DNA from: a virus
Lineage: Duplodnaviria > Heunggongvirae > Uroviricota > Caudoviricetes
Length of the DNA: 64,000 bases
Direction: 5' to 3' (one strand)
Virus record (IMG/VR): IMGVR_UViG_3300022871_000010
How positions within the stretch are numbered: the first letter of the stretch is position 1; every line of letters begins with the position of its first letter. The notes beneath the pieces were generated by a model. It did no database searches. It was not told the DNA's origin and was given only the letters and a program-made list of their open reading frames with translations. Positions 55,405 to 64,000 of this stretch are shown here, piece by piece. The translations under genes and the position numbers were made by a program.

Positions 55405-55792
55405 GAAAGATTTAATAACTAAAAATTTAAATAAGGTGTTTTCATATAAAACAGAATCAGAAGCAATAGGAGAAATTAAAGAAGAAAATTTAAAAGGATT
55501 TATGGACGAAAGCAACGCTTTTATGATTATTCCAAAATATGAAACACTTAAAACATATATTGTAAATACTTTTAATGTGCAAGAAACAAAAATTCCCGAA
55601 TTGAGTTATAACCACGACCACCCGACAAAATCAAGTTTTTCAAGAGAATATTTAAACGTGTTGTTTAGTATAGCAAAAAATACTAAAGGAGAAAAATTTA
55701 AAATTTCAGTTGGAAACACTTATCCTTTGAAAATTGAAACCAAAGAGTTTATATTTATTTTAGCCCCAGTTGTTGATAACGAACTAAATTAA
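55397..55792 (+). CDS. Hypothetical protein (131 aa).
   Basis: ORF followed by a T-run. Confidence 0.5.
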   Translation: MNKKDLITKNLNKVFSYKTESEAIGEIKEENLKGFMDESNAFMIIPKYETLKTYIVNTFNVQETKIPELSYNHDHPTKSSFSREYLNVLFSIAKNTKGEKFKISVGNTYPLKIETKEFIFILAPVVDNELN

Positions 55793-55797
55793 TTTTT

Positions 55798-55941
55798 TTT
55801 TATTCTTTATGTGTTACTTTAATAGATACTACAAAGTAACACACAAGAACTATTTTACAAAAACGAAAGGTTTATATATAAGCTATGCTTTACTATATTT
55901 ATAAGGAATTAAACCTTAACAAAAATTTAATGAGGAAAAAA
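55798..55941 (+). promoter_or_regulatory. Promoter cassette copy 3. Inverted repeat at 55811-55842; TATA at about 55866-55880.
   Basis: Same architecture as copy 1. Confidence 0.75.
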
Positions 55942-56784
55942 ATGACTACTAAAAAAATACAACCAAAACAACAAGAACAGATTAATAAAAAACTTAACGA
56001 ATTTATAGAAAAAGAATATAAAACATATTTTAAAGAAGTTTCTTCTGATTATGTAGAGCTATTTAAAAATGTTGATTTTAAAGAGTTTTCTGAAAGAGTT
56101 TCTGAATTGATTTTAGAGGGTTTTGAGTTTGAGCAACCTTTTATATCACGAAACGATTATTATAGTTGTAGTGGATTTTATGACGATTTAACAAGGTTTG
56201 ATGAAGAATTAAGTGATAAAGATACAACTGATTTAATAGATTATAGTTTAGAAAAAATAGAACTAAAAAGTTATGAATATAGCGAGGATTTTTTATCTGA
56301 ACAAATTAAGGAATGTTTTTCAACACTTTTTAATGGCGTAGATATTTTTAAAATAATTAAAATAAGCAGAGATGACGCTTATATTGTTATTAGTGATGAA
56401 GATGTAAAGATAAACATTCCCGAAGAAATTAATAATTATGATAAGTTTGAAGACTTTTTAGACGAGTTAGAAGACAGATTAGAGGATATAAATAAAGACA
56501 ATTTAATAATGGGATATTTTGCAAATTTCCACAGAGAAGTATTTAAATGGTTTTGTGATACAACAGAATTAGATAAAAATATTAAAGATTTAGATTTACA
56601 AATTCAAATAAATATAAAAGAAGAATTAAAAAATAGAAAACTTAATTTAATGATAACAAAACACAACGAACACGAAATTTTAAAAATTTTAAAACAGGAA
56701 TTTAAAAATGCTTTAAAATATAAAGAAGATTATATTAAAATAATTGATGAAGAAATTAAATCAATTAAAAACGAGGGAAAATAA
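55942..56784 (+). CDS. Hypothetical acidic protein. The start is revised to the ATG at 55942; the track's start at 55885 lies inside the promoter cassette.
   Basis: GAGGAAAAAAATG context identical to the other cassette-driven genes. Confidence 0.55.
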   Translation: MTTKKIQPKQQEQINKKLNEFIEKEYKTYFKEVSSDYVELFKNVDFKEFSERVSELILEGFEFEQPFISRNDYYSCSGFYDDLTRFDEELSDKDTTDLIDYSLEKIELKSYEYSEDFLSEQIKECFSTLFNGVDIFKIIKISRDDAYIVISDEDVKINIPEEINNYDKFEDFLDELEDRLEDINKDNLIMGYFANFHREVFKWFCDTTELDKNIKDLDLQIQINIKEELKNRKLNLMITKHNEHEILKILKQEFKNALKYKEDYIKIIDEEIKSIKNEGK

Positions 56785-56785
56785 A

Positions 56786-56944
56786 ATGATAGTAAAAATA
56801 GTAGAAGATACAAGAAATAATTTATATGAAGTATTTGTTTCAGAAATAAATCATAATTATAACGCTTATAATAATTATTTAGGAATATTTGATATAACAG
56901 AATTAAAGCGAGAAATTAAAAATAATAATTGGGTGGTGGATTAA
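56786..56944 (+). CDS. Small protein. The start is revised to 56786 after the SD gaggga.
   Basis: ORF only. Confidence 0.4.
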   Translation: MIVKIVEDTRNNLYEVFVSEINHNYNAYNNYLGIFDITELKREIKNNNWVVD

Positions 56945-56945
56945 A

Positions 56946-57155
56946 ATGGAAAACGAAGAATTAAGAGATTTTGTATTAAATTATAGAGATGAATTTAGTA
57001 TAACACTAAAAGCAAAAAATAAAAATGAAGCTATAAGTTTAGCGAATAAAAATAAAGGTCATATAGAATGTATTGGGGATTTATGGGAAGAATTTTTTAC
57101 TATTGAAGAAGAAGGAATCGATTTTGAAATTGAAAAAGGTGTCAATAATGCATAG
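56946..57155 (+). CDS. Hypothetical protein (69 aa).
   Basis: ORF only. Confidence 0.4.
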   Translation: MENEELRDFVLNYRDEFSITLKAKNKNEAISLANKNKGHIECIGDLWEEFFTIEEEGIDFEIEKGVNNA

Positions 57156-57285
57156 AATTATAATAGAAGTTGAAGACGATATTACTTTACAGGCAGGTAT
57201 CGAAAAAGAAAAATTAAAAGAATTAATATCATCTTTTAATTATAGTGTTAAAAATATAATTTATTCAACAGAAGAAGTAGTTTGA
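57148..57285 (+). CDS. Small protein. The start is revised to 57148 after the SD aaggtg.
   Basis: ORF only. Confidence 0.35.
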   Translation: MHRIIIEVEDDITLQAGIEKEKLKELISSFNYSVKNIIYSTEEVV

Positions 57286-57308
57286 AACAATAAACGAGGA
57301 AAAATAAA

Positions 57309-57497
57309 ATGATAAAAATGATTAAAGGAACAAATGTTAAAGGATTAATCGCAGAACTAGAAAAATTACCAAAACTATTACCTGTTTTGATAGCTAGTGA
57401 TGAAGAACAAAATCAAGTTTTCAAAGGGTTTTTTTTAGAAACGTATAATGACGGGGTAATAATCGCAGGGTTAAGTGGTTGCGAATTAGAGGACTAA
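57309..57497 (+). CDS. Hypothetical protein (62 aa).
   Basis: SD gagg. Confidence 0.4.
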   Translation: MIKMIKGTNVKGLIAELEKLPKLLPVLIASDEEQNQVFKGFFLETYNDGVIIAGLSGCELED

Positions 57498-57501
57498 TAA
57501 A

Positions 57502-57627
57502 ATGGTTCAATTAGAAAATGTTAGTGATGAATTTATGGAGTGGTTAGATACTTGTCCTGTTAAATGGTTTTTAGTAGGTCAAGATAGCGAAAGTGTAGAT
57601 TACAGCTTTACCAAACAGGTGGAATAA
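57502..57627 (+). CDS. Mini-protein (41 aa). Not in the ORF track.
   Basis: Its stop abuts the next ATG (TAAATG). Confidence 0.3.
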   Translation: MVQLENVSDEFMEWLDTCPVKWFLVGQDSESVDYSFTKQVE

Positions 57628-57879
57628 ATGACAGAAAAAATACAGGAAACTTTATTTGAAAATTTTTTAATGTATTGTGCAGAAGATAACGAACCATTAA
57701 AAATAGAAATACAAACGTGGTTAGCAGATTATTTTGATTTATCAAATAGAACCATTAAAATAGAAGAATATGAAAAAAAATGGATTACAGAAAATTTAAC
57801 TCCAAAAACTCAAATATTACTTTTTGGTTATACATTAGAGCAATGGGAAAAAGAATATAATAATAGGGTAGATAAATAA
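57628..57879 (+). CDS. Hypothetical protein (83 aa).
   Basis: ORF only. Confidence 0.45.
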   Translation: MTEKIQETLFENFLMYCAEDNEPLKIEIQTWLADYFDLSNRTIKIEEYEKKWITENLTPKTQILLFGYTLEQWEKEYNNRVDK

Positions 57880-57880
57880 A

Positions 57881-58018
57881 ATGGAATCTGGAACAGAACA
57901 TAAAACAGCAAGATGTGAAGATAAAAATTGTCAAAGATACGGGGAAAAACTACAATACTCAAAAAAATATAAGAGTTTTGTTTGCCCCGATAGTTTAGTT
58001 GCAAATGGAGAAATGTAA
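57881..58018 (+). CDS. Cys-cluster mini-protein (45 aa). Not in the ORF track.
   Basis: ARCEDKNCQRY...FVCPDS. Confidence 0.35.
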   Translation: MESGTEHKTARCEDKNCQRYGEKLQYSKKYKSFVCPDSLVANGEM

Positions 58019-58020
58019 AA

Positions 58021-58305
58021 ATGGCTAAAGGAACATTAAAACATAATAAATTTTTTGGAACAATGGAACAAAAAAGATTTAAGGATTTGGAAGATATTAA
58101 AGCATTTTTGCAAAAAGAATTTATAGGTGCGACAATTAGTGCAGAATTTAAATCTTACGAAGACACCGATTATTTTTGTAGTGATTATGAAATAATTTGC
58201 ACAATACAGAAAGGTTTTGATTATTTAATAGATTTAGATTTATATTTTTTATATGATAGAAGAAATATGCTATTAATTACAGAATTTGGATTTGAGGAAG
58301 AATAA
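58021..58305 (+). CDS. Hypothetical protein (94 aa).
   Basis: ORF only. Confidence 0.45.
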   Translation: MAKGTLKHNKFFGTMEQKRFKDLEDIKAFLQKEFIGATISAEFKSYEDTDYFCSDYEIICTIQKGFDYLIDLDLYFLYDRRNMLLITEFGFEEE

Positions 58306-58306
58306 A

Positions 58307-58705
58307 ATGGGAATGAACCAAGATGAATTAAACGCTTTATCAGACGAAGAAATAGAAAGGCAGGGATTTAATCGTTGCGATAAATGTAATGCCGTAGAAC
58401 GCACCAATACGCTTATATGGATAACATCAGAAGACTTTGAACCAAAAGAAAACGAGATTATTCCCGAAGACTTATATTCAAAGTATGATTGCTTATGTGA
58501 AAGTTGTTATTTGGAAGAAATTACAATAAAAACTAAGGGGTTTAATTCAAATAAATTAGCAAATGCTTTTTATGATGAAGATTATACTTATATAGAATTT
58601 ATCACAAAAGAAAGACCTACTAATCAAGTAGAAGCAGAAAAAATCATTAATAATTATATAGATAATTATTATGAAAATAAAAAAGAAGACCAAAAAAGCG
58701 AATAA
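58307..58705 (+). CDS. Hypothetical Cys-containing acidic protein. The start is revised to 58307 after the SD gaggaag.
   Basis: CDKCNAVER...CLCESC. Confidence 0.45.
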   Translation: MGMNQDELNALSDEEIERQGFNRCDKCNAVERTNTLIWITSEDFEPKENEIIPEDLYSKYDCLCESCYLEEITIKTKGFNSNKLANAFYDEDYTYIEFITKERPTNQVEAEKIINNYIDNYYENKKEDQKSE

Positions 58706-58786
58706 AAACGATACATTTATATATAAGCTATACTTTACTATATTTATAAGGAATTTAAACCTTAATAAAAATTTAATGAGGAAAAA
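58705..58786 (+). promoter_or_regulatory. Promoter cassette copy 4: TATA plus conserved leader only, without the inverted-repeat operator.
   Basis: atacatttatatataagctata...ttataaggaatttaaaccttaa...gaggaaaaaATG. Confidence 0.65.
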
Positions 58787-59248
58787 ATGGAATTAACCAA
58801 AGCAAAAAAATTAGCAGAAGAACTACTAGAAAAACATAATCCCGATTATACATTACGTTTTGATAATGCAAAAATAAGACTGGGGTGTTGTAATGTTTCT
58901 AAAAAATATATTTCTTTATCAAGACCTTTTATTTTGTTGAATAATGAAGAAGCCATAAAAGACACTATATTACACGAAATTGCACATTCTTTAACACCAC
59001 AACATAATCATAATAATATTTGGAGAGCAAAAGCCATCAAAATAGGGTGTAATGGAAATAGAATTTGTAATGATGAAAATGTTATTATCCCAAAAGGAAA
59101 ATATGTTTTTCAATGCCCAAAATGTAAAAAAAAAGTTTTTGCACATAGAAAACAACGTATAGAAAAGTCTTGTGGAAAATGTTGCAAAGCATATAATAAT
59201 AATAAATTTTCAAAAGATTACGTATTAGAATTAATAGAGGTGCAATAA
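58787..59248 (+). CDS. SprT-like zinc metallopeptidase with a C-terminal zinc ribbon (153 aa).
   Basis: HExxH: ILHEIAHSLTPQH. Ribbon FQCPKCKK...CGKCC. Confidence 0.5.
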   Translation: MELTKAKKLAEELLEKHNPDYTLRFDNAKIRLGCCNVSKKYISLSRPFILLNNEEAIKDTILHEIAHSLTPQHNHNNIWRAKAIKIGCNGNRICNDENVIIPKGKYVFQCPKCKKKVFAHRKQRIEKSCGKCCKAYNNNKFSKDYVLELIEVQ

Positions 59249-59440
59249 ATGATGAAAGATACAAAAATGGTTTATGGTTATGGATTATTTTATAATGGCG
59301 AACAAATAGACCAAACAGAAATAGACGAATTAAACGAAAATTTGGCGTGGGATATTATGATTGAAGACCACGAAAACAAAGATAAAAATTTAATGACAAT
59401 ACAATTAAATTACGAAAAAGAAGACCTAGAGGAAAAATAA
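59249..59440 (+). CDS. Hypothetical acidic protein (63 aa).
   Basis: ORF only. Confidence 0.4.
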   Translation: MMKDTKMVYGYGLFYNGEQIDQTEIDELNENLAWDIMIEDHENKDKNLMTIQLNYEKEDLEEK

Positions 59441-59441
59441 A

Positions 59442-60563
59442 ATGAATACAGATAAAAAAACAAGTGTAAAATTTAAAGATAAAAATAATAATTTATGTTC
59501 AGTAGATATTGAAATAACCCACAGAAACGGATATCCCGAATTTTCAATGACAGGAGAAATGGGTAGTAGTGGAGGGCAATGTTATGATAGTATAGTTACG
59601 GCAGATAGCAAACAAAAAAAATTAATTGAATTTTGGAAAACTTACCATTTAAACGGAACAAACACAGGGAACAAAAAACAAACAGCCCAAATTAAATTAA
59701 TGGAAGAAAAAACAACCTATGATTATGATAAAGCAAAAAGCTATTTAAATAGTTTAGATACAGACGGAAAACCATTAAGCACATTTGAAGTTGAAGAAAT
59801 AGATGCAGAGAGAAAAAATATTAAAGCAAAAATTACTGAAATGCAGAAAGAAATACAAATTTTAGCAGACACAAAAGCAAAAAATAATGTTTTATTTAAT
59901 AGTAATGCATATAGAATTAATATTAAAGAATTAAACATTATTAATAAAATTTTTAATACAGACAAACAAATGAAAAACTTTTTTACACAAGAAACTACCA
60001 ATAGAACAACCAAACTTGATGATTTAAAAAAAATTTTAGAAATAGCAAACGAAAAAACAATGCTTTTCGGTAGAGATAACGAGGGAGTGTTATATAGTTA
60101 TGGGGCAACGTGGTTTAGAGAAGATTTACCTAGTGATTTATGGGAACAGGTAGAAACATTAGTTAAAGATATTAATGCAATAGAAGACCTTAAAAAAGCT
60201 AATGGTGGAGATTGGGAAGACATTGATGATTACAAAATTAGAGCGTTAGGCAAATTTTTAAAAATTGAACCAAACGAAGCAAAAGAAGATATTACAGAAC
60301 AAGAAAGTGATATGTTTTCTTATTGTGGAACAGACTATTTAGTAATGACTTGTTCAGAAGCAGATGACAGAATGGACAACTATTTTGAAGAAACAGGTAA
60401 AGACTACTGGAAAGCACAGGTTGAAAACAACCAAACAGAAGAAAGTTTTAAAGAATGGAAAAAAGCACAAATTTATCACGCAAAATATGGAGAATGCTTA
60501 AATGGTTATGACGGAACAGAATATCACGACAGCGAAGCAAATTTATACATAATGAGAGGATAG
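59442..60563 (+). CDS. Hypothetical protein (373 aa).
   Basis: Long ORF with no recognised motif. Confidence 0.55.
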   Translation: MNTDKKTSVKFKDKNNNLCSVDIEITHRNGYPEFSMTGEMGSSGGQCYDSIVTADSKQKKLIEFWKTYHLNGTNTGNKKQTAQIKLMEEKTTYDYDKAKSYLNSLDTDGKPLSTFEVEEIDAERKNIKAKITEMQKEIQILADTKAKNNVLFNSNAYRINIKELNIINKIFNTDKQMKNFFTQETTNRTTKLDDLKKILEIANEKTMLFGRDNEGVLYSYGATWFREDLPSDLWEQVETLVKDINAIEDLKKANGGDWEDIDDYKIRALGKFLKIEPNEAKEDITEQESDMFSYCGTDYLVMTCSEADDRMDNYFEETGKDYWKAQVENNQTEESFKEWKKAQIYHAKYGECLNGYDGTEYHDSEANLYIMRG

Positions 60564-60566
60564 AAA

Positions 60567-60863
60567 ATGAAAGACCACAGAAAAAGACCACTAAAACCTT
60601 TATTAGAAATTACTGCAAAACATCAAGTAAATAAAAAAACGGCAGTAGTGTTTTTTAAAAGTATAGCACAAGCAGAATTTTATAATCCCGAACTTACAGA
60701 TTTTAGAATTGTAGGGGTTGCTGACGAAAAAATACAACCACATAACATAATAAATTGTTGTGTAGAATGCTATGAAGACTGCAAATTTGAAGTTAAAATT
60801 GGCGATACTATAAATATTGTTGATGTAGAACAATGCGAAATGTCTAACAAGGGGAAAAAATGA
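60567..60863 (+). CDS. Hypothetical Cys-containing protein (98 aa).
   Basis: NCCVECYEDC. Confidence 0.45.
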   Translation: MKDHRKRPLKPLLEITAKHQVNKKTAVVFFKSIAQAEFYNPELTDFRIVGVADEKIQPHNIINCCVECYEDCKFEVKIGDTINIVDVEQCEMSNKGKK

Positions 60864-61039
60864 CTGAAAAACAATTTACATTTAGTGTTAAAAAATTAAT
60901 TGAGGAACTGCAAAAAATAGAAGACAAAACAAAAAGCATTTATATTTATGTTCCAAATATAGAAGAAATAAACTGCGAAATTATGCCCATTGTATTAGTA
61001 GATGATAGCATAACAGACAGAGTAGATATAAATATTTAG
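60860..61039 (+). CDS. Small protein with N-terminus MTEKQ (59 aa). Not in the ORF track.
   Basis: Shares its first 15 nt (atgactgaaaaacaa) with the next gene. Confidence 0.35.
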   Translation: MTEKQFTFSVKKLIEELQKIEDKTKSIYIYVPNIEEINCEIMPIVLVDDSITDRVDINI

Positions 61040-61047
61040 AGGAAAAA

Positions 61048-61206
61048 ATGACTGAAAAACAAGCAGGAGAATGCAAAATTTGTGGAAAAAAATTTACACA
61101 AAAAGATTATGACAATGCTTCAAAGGGAGTGTGTGGAGATGAATGTTTAGTTGGAGATTATGACGATATTTGTTATCCTTGTCAATTTAAACAAATGGAA
61201 AAATAA
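61048..61206 (+). CDS. Zinc-ribbon mini-protein with N-terminus MTEKQ (52 aa).
   Basis: ECKICGKK...CGDEC...CYPC. Confidence 0.4.
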   Translation: MTEKQAGECKICGKKFTQKDYDNASKGVCGDECLVGDYDDICYPCQFKQMEK

Positions 61207-61207
61207 A

Positions 61208-61486
61208 ATGAATAAAGAAATGATAACAATCAGTAAAGACAAATTAGTATTATTAAGTCAATTACTTAAAGAAGTAAAAAATCAATGTAGCGAAATACAA
61301 GGTAAAGAATTAACAACTTATGCTTACAAATCACAACGAGCAATTGTTGAAACAATTTTAAATGATGCAGTAGATAAAACTATTGATACACTAAAAAGAT
61401 TTCAAGCAAAAGAACAATTAAAAGCATTAGCAAAAGAAGATATACGAGGGAAAAAAGCCGAAGAGGAGAGAGAAAATGGAGAATAA
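61208..61486 (+). CDS. Hypothetical coiled-coil protein. The start is revised to 61208.
   Basis: ORF only. Confidence 0.4.
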   Translation: MNKEMITISKDKLVLLSQLLKEVKNQCSEIQGKELTTYAYKSQRAIVETILNDAVDKTIDTLKRFQAKEQLKALAKEDIRGKKAEEERENGE

Positions 61487-61622
61487 AAAAGTTGAAGTAA
61501 ATTTTGAAAAAGAAGCAGAAAAATACAAAAAAGGATTTGATATATTGATGGACTATTTTGATAGTATTCCAGATGAAGAACAGATTATTGTTGATGAACA
61601 ATTAGAAGAACTGGGGCTATAA
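61476..61622 (+). CDS. Mini-protein (48 aa). Not in the ORF track.
   Basis: ORF only. Confidence 0.3.
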   Translation: MENKKVEVNFEKEAEKYKKGFDILMDYFDSIPDEEQIIVDEQLEELGL

Positions 61623-61624
61623 CA

Positions 61625-61918
61625 ATGAAATCAATTAAAGAAATTAAAAAAATGAAGTTTCAAGAAGCCTATGCTTATTTACAAGAAGAAGATAAGGGCG
61701 ACTGGGATAATGTAAATTCAGAAGGAATTGTAAAACAATATTGCAAAGAAATGATAGATGCAGATATTAATATAAGCCACATTTTAGAAGCTTTAGAACA
61801 AAACCAATCTAGTGAGGGGTTATATTGTATATGGCTAGGAAATAGTATGGAAACGCCAACACCAATAAACAATGTTGAAGAATTATTACAAGCTTTAGGC
61901 TTAGAAGACGAGGAATAA
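61625..61918 (+). CDS. Hypothetical acidic protein (97 aa).
   Basis: ORF only. Confidence 0.45.
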   Translation: MKSIKEIKKMKFQEAYAYLQEEDKGDWDNVNSEGIVKQYCKEMIDADINISHILEALEQNQSSEGLYCIWLGNSMETPTPINNVEELLQALGLEDEE

Positions 61919-61920
61919 AA

Positions 61921-62100
61921 ATGACAAAATATGTAGTTAATTTTGAAAAAGTATTTACTTTAAGTATATCTATTGAAGCAAAAGATAAAGATGAAGCTTT
62001 AGAAAAAGCCCACGCTAAAATGGAAACACAAACAAAGAGAGATTTAGTAAACAAATGTCAAGAAGGATATTTTGAATACACATACACAGACGAGGAATAA
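61921..62100 (+). CDS. Mini-protein (59 aa). Not in the ORF track.
   Basis: ORF only. Confidence 0.35.
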   Translation: MTKYVVNFEKVFTLSISIEAKDKDEALEKAHAKMETQTKRDLVNKCQEGYFEYTYTDEE

Positions 62101-62106
62101 AATAAG

Positions 62107-62256
62107 ATGAATGAAGAAGACTTTATGGAAGAACACGGAGTAAAACCAACAATAAACATTTATTATTATGCAGATGATGACGGAAATGTTGTAATAGACG
62201 AAGAAAGAATATTAGAAGAATTAGAACAACTAAAATTAAATTGTGAAATGGCATAA
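62107..62256 (+). CDS. Acidic mini-protein (49 aa).
   Basis: ORF only. Confidence 0.3.
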   Translation: MNEEDFMEEHGVKPTINIYYYADDDGNVVIDEERILEELEQLKLNCEMA

Positions 62257-62277
62257 AAAAAATGGAGATAAAAGAAA

Positions 62278-62550
62278 ATGATTGACGAAATACAAACACC
62301 AAAAACATTCAGAACAACAAAAACTGATAACACTAAAAAAGATTTTGAAGCAAGAAAAGAATACGCAATACAACAAATTAAAAATAAAACTTTTACAGCA
62401 ACAAAAAATACGCAATATTATTTTACAGAAAAACAATTAAGAGAAGAATTTGAGTATGACGATTTACACCAGTTATACGATAAATTTGACAATGTATTTA
62501 CAGACGCAAACTTTATTTTATATCCACAAAGTAAAGTTATAGAGGTATAA
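62278..62550 (+). CDS. Hypothetical protein (90 aa).
   Basis: ORF only. Confidence 0.45.
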   Translation: MIDEIQTPKTFRTTKTDNTKKDFEARKEYAIQQIKNKTFTATKNTQYYFTEKQLREEFEYDDLHQLYDKFDNVFTDANFILYPQSKVIEV

Positions 62551-62552
62551 AA

Positions 62553-62876
62553 ATGGGTTGGTCAGTTATAGCATTCGGAGAAATAGAAGTAGAAAAACAA
62601 TACAACGCAGTAGTAATGGTAAAACTTAAAGAATTGGTAAAACAATCTGATAGCGTTTTTACAAAAGTCAGTTATGAAGATTTAAACTTTGAAATGCAAG
62701 GAAATAAAGGCGTGGATTATACACAATTAAAAAAATTAAGTGATTGGTCAATAAAAATGGATATACCAATGACAATATCAACATCAGAATATTCTGAAAG
62801 TGATGGTGGATTTTATTTTGATACAGAGGAAAACAAAGCCGAATTAGAACAAGACGAAAAAAGAATGAGTGATTAA
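62553..62876 (+). CDS. Hypothetical protein (107 aa).
   Basis: ORF only. Confidence 0.45.
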   Translation: MGWSVIAFGEIEVEKQYNAVVMVKLKELVKQSDSVFTKVSYEDLNFEMQGNKGVDYTQLKKLSDWSIKMDIPMTISTSEYSESDGGFYFDTEENKAELEQDEKRMSD

Positions 62877-62877
62877 A

Positions 62878-63009
62878 ATGATTAATGAAATTAGTGTGGC
62901 AATAATTTTTATAACTTTTGCGTGGGTTTTAAAGAAAACCCCAAGTGCAGAGGAGAAAAAAAATGCAAATCAAATATCAATAAATACAATAAGACAGGTG
63001 CAAAAATGA
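62878..63009 (+). CDS. Mini membrane protein (43 aa). Not in the ORF track.
   Basis: VAIIFITFAWVL. Confidence 0.3.
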   Translation: MINEISVAIIFITFAWVLKKTPSAEEKKNANQISINTIRQVQK

Positions 63010-63365
63010 ATATAGAAAAGTGTGATAGAATAGCAAACACCATAATGGATAACGGATTTAATGATTTAAGTGTTGAGGATTTAAATTTAGTTATTAATCA
63101 TTGTAAAGAAATATTAAATAATCGAGAAGCAGGATATACAATACCATCAATGATTATAACAAAAGACGACCTTAAAACAAGATTTGAGGGTAAAGTTGAT
63201 GAAAAAGAAACTAGCACAGACATTGATTTAATACCATCAGAAGATATGAAATGGATGGCTTATAGAATGTCAGACAAAATGATGGAAACCTACTGGGACG
63301 CTTTAGAAGAAGCATACGAAGACCTTAAAGAACATAAAATACACGAGGAACAAAAAAATGGTTAA
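63006..63365 (+). CDS. Hypothetical acidic protein. The start is revised to 63006 after the SD aggtg.
   Basis: ORF only. Confidence 0.45.
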   Translation: MNIEKCDRIANTIMDNGFNDLSVEDLNLVINHCKEILNNREAGYTIPSMIITKDDLKTRFEGKVDEKETSTDIDLIPSEDMKWMAYRMSDKMMETYWDALEEAYEDLKEHKIHEEQKNG

Positions 63366-63786
63366 AAAAGAATTATTGGAAAAACTTAAAACGCCAAAAT
63401 CTAAAAACTTTGAACTTACAATTTTACCAAAAAAATTTACAAAGTTTAAGCCACTTTTAAGATTTGGGAAAGATATATTTAATGATGAAAAATTAATAGA
63501 ACTTAAATTTTCAAACAAAATATATTTAGGAAAGTGTTTTATAGACACAACTAAACGTGGTATGGATTGGAATCCGATGCACCAATGTTATGTATTTATA
63601 TCAGAACTGGATAGTGCATTTTCATATGATTTATTACGTCAAAAAAAAATTAAATTAGTAGCCACAGACATTGAACTTAAAAAAGTTGTTGATAAAAGAA
63701 TTAATATGCTGATTAAAAAAGGACAATATCATTTTAAAGAAATTGTAGAAACACACAATAAACTTAAAGAGATGCAAAATGGTTAA
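63358..63786 (+). CDS. Hypothetical protein with N-terminus MVKKELLEKLKT (142 aa).
   Basis: ORF only. Confidence 0.5.
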   Translation: MVKKELLEKLKTPKSKNFELTILPKKFTKFKPLLRFGKDIFNDEKLIELKFSNKIYLGKCFIDTTKRGMDWNPMHQCYVFISELDSAFSYDLLRQKKIKLVATDIELKKVVDKRINMLIKKGQYHFKEIVETHNKLKEMQNG

Positions 63787-64000
63787 AAAAGAATTATTGG
63801 AAAAACTTAAAACATCAAAAGTATCAAAAGACAGAAAATGGATATATACGCTTATAACTTGGGCGTTAGAAAATCAAACAAAAGATGTTGCAACATTTCA
63901 ACGAAGAATACAATCATCAGTTCATTATGCTAAAGGAAAATATCAAGAATATTGGGATAACCCACGAACACAAGCACAACATAAAAAAGCACACGCAAAA
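63780..64000 (+). CDS. Hypothetical protein. Partial: it runs off the window. Its N-terminus is identical to the previous gene's.
   Basis: atggttaaaaaagaattattggaaaaacttaaaac is repeated at 63358 and 63780. Confidence 0.45.

Noticed and set aside
55885-55941. Track start codon at 55885 for the 299-aa ORF.
   Set aside because: It lies inside the conserved promoter cassette (the TATA box is upstream of it only if the start is 55942). The in-frame ATG at 55942 has the canonical GAGGAAAAAAATG context shared by the other cassette-driven genes.

Overview
AT-rich (~30% GC) archaeal-type DNA that reads like an extrachromosomal element: a virus, provirus, plasmid, or Borg-like element. It is unlikely to be core host chromosome.

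Evidence for an archaeal origin:
- Textbook archaeal BRE/TATA promoters of the form AAAGGTTTATATATA sit about 60-65 bp upstream of start codons.
- Genes are preceded by GAGG/GGTG Shine-Dalgarno boxes.
- Oligo-T terminators follow many genes.
- A tRNA-Ala carries the G3:U70 identity pair.
- A second tRNA-like gene has extra nucleotides in the anticodon arm, possibly an intron.
- The replication proteins are eukaryote/archaea-type (RFC with the WTEKYRP box, PCNA-like clamp, AEP primase, MCM-like AAA+ helicase, family-B polymerase).
- Two proteins carry inteins: three mini-inteins in one AAA+ ATPase and two inteins in the PolB.

Organisation:
- A partial IS200/IS605 TnpA lies at the left edge.
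- A minus-strand block runs from 378 to 13238. It holds a 1408-aa low-complexity (QA)n protein, the triple-intein ATPase, an SF2 helicase and an RHH protein.
- A roughly 900-bp palindrome-rich strand-switch region follows.
- A long plus-strand block holds the replication and recombination module, a giant multidomain TSP3-repeat/kinase-like/ParB-nuclease protein, a tRNA and ncRNA island, an SPFH protein with small membrane proteins, and a coupled zinc-ribbon mini-gene operon.
- A 2.5-kb noncoding region at 49.5-52.0 kb holds higher-order 14-bp tandem-repeat arrays and an AT-rich motif field. This is a candidate origin or centromere.
- A block of dozens of tiny early-type genes follows, driven by a four-fold repeated terminator, 10-bp inverted-repeat operator, BRE/TATA and leader cassette.

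All functional calls rest on motifs read by eye; no database search was possible.
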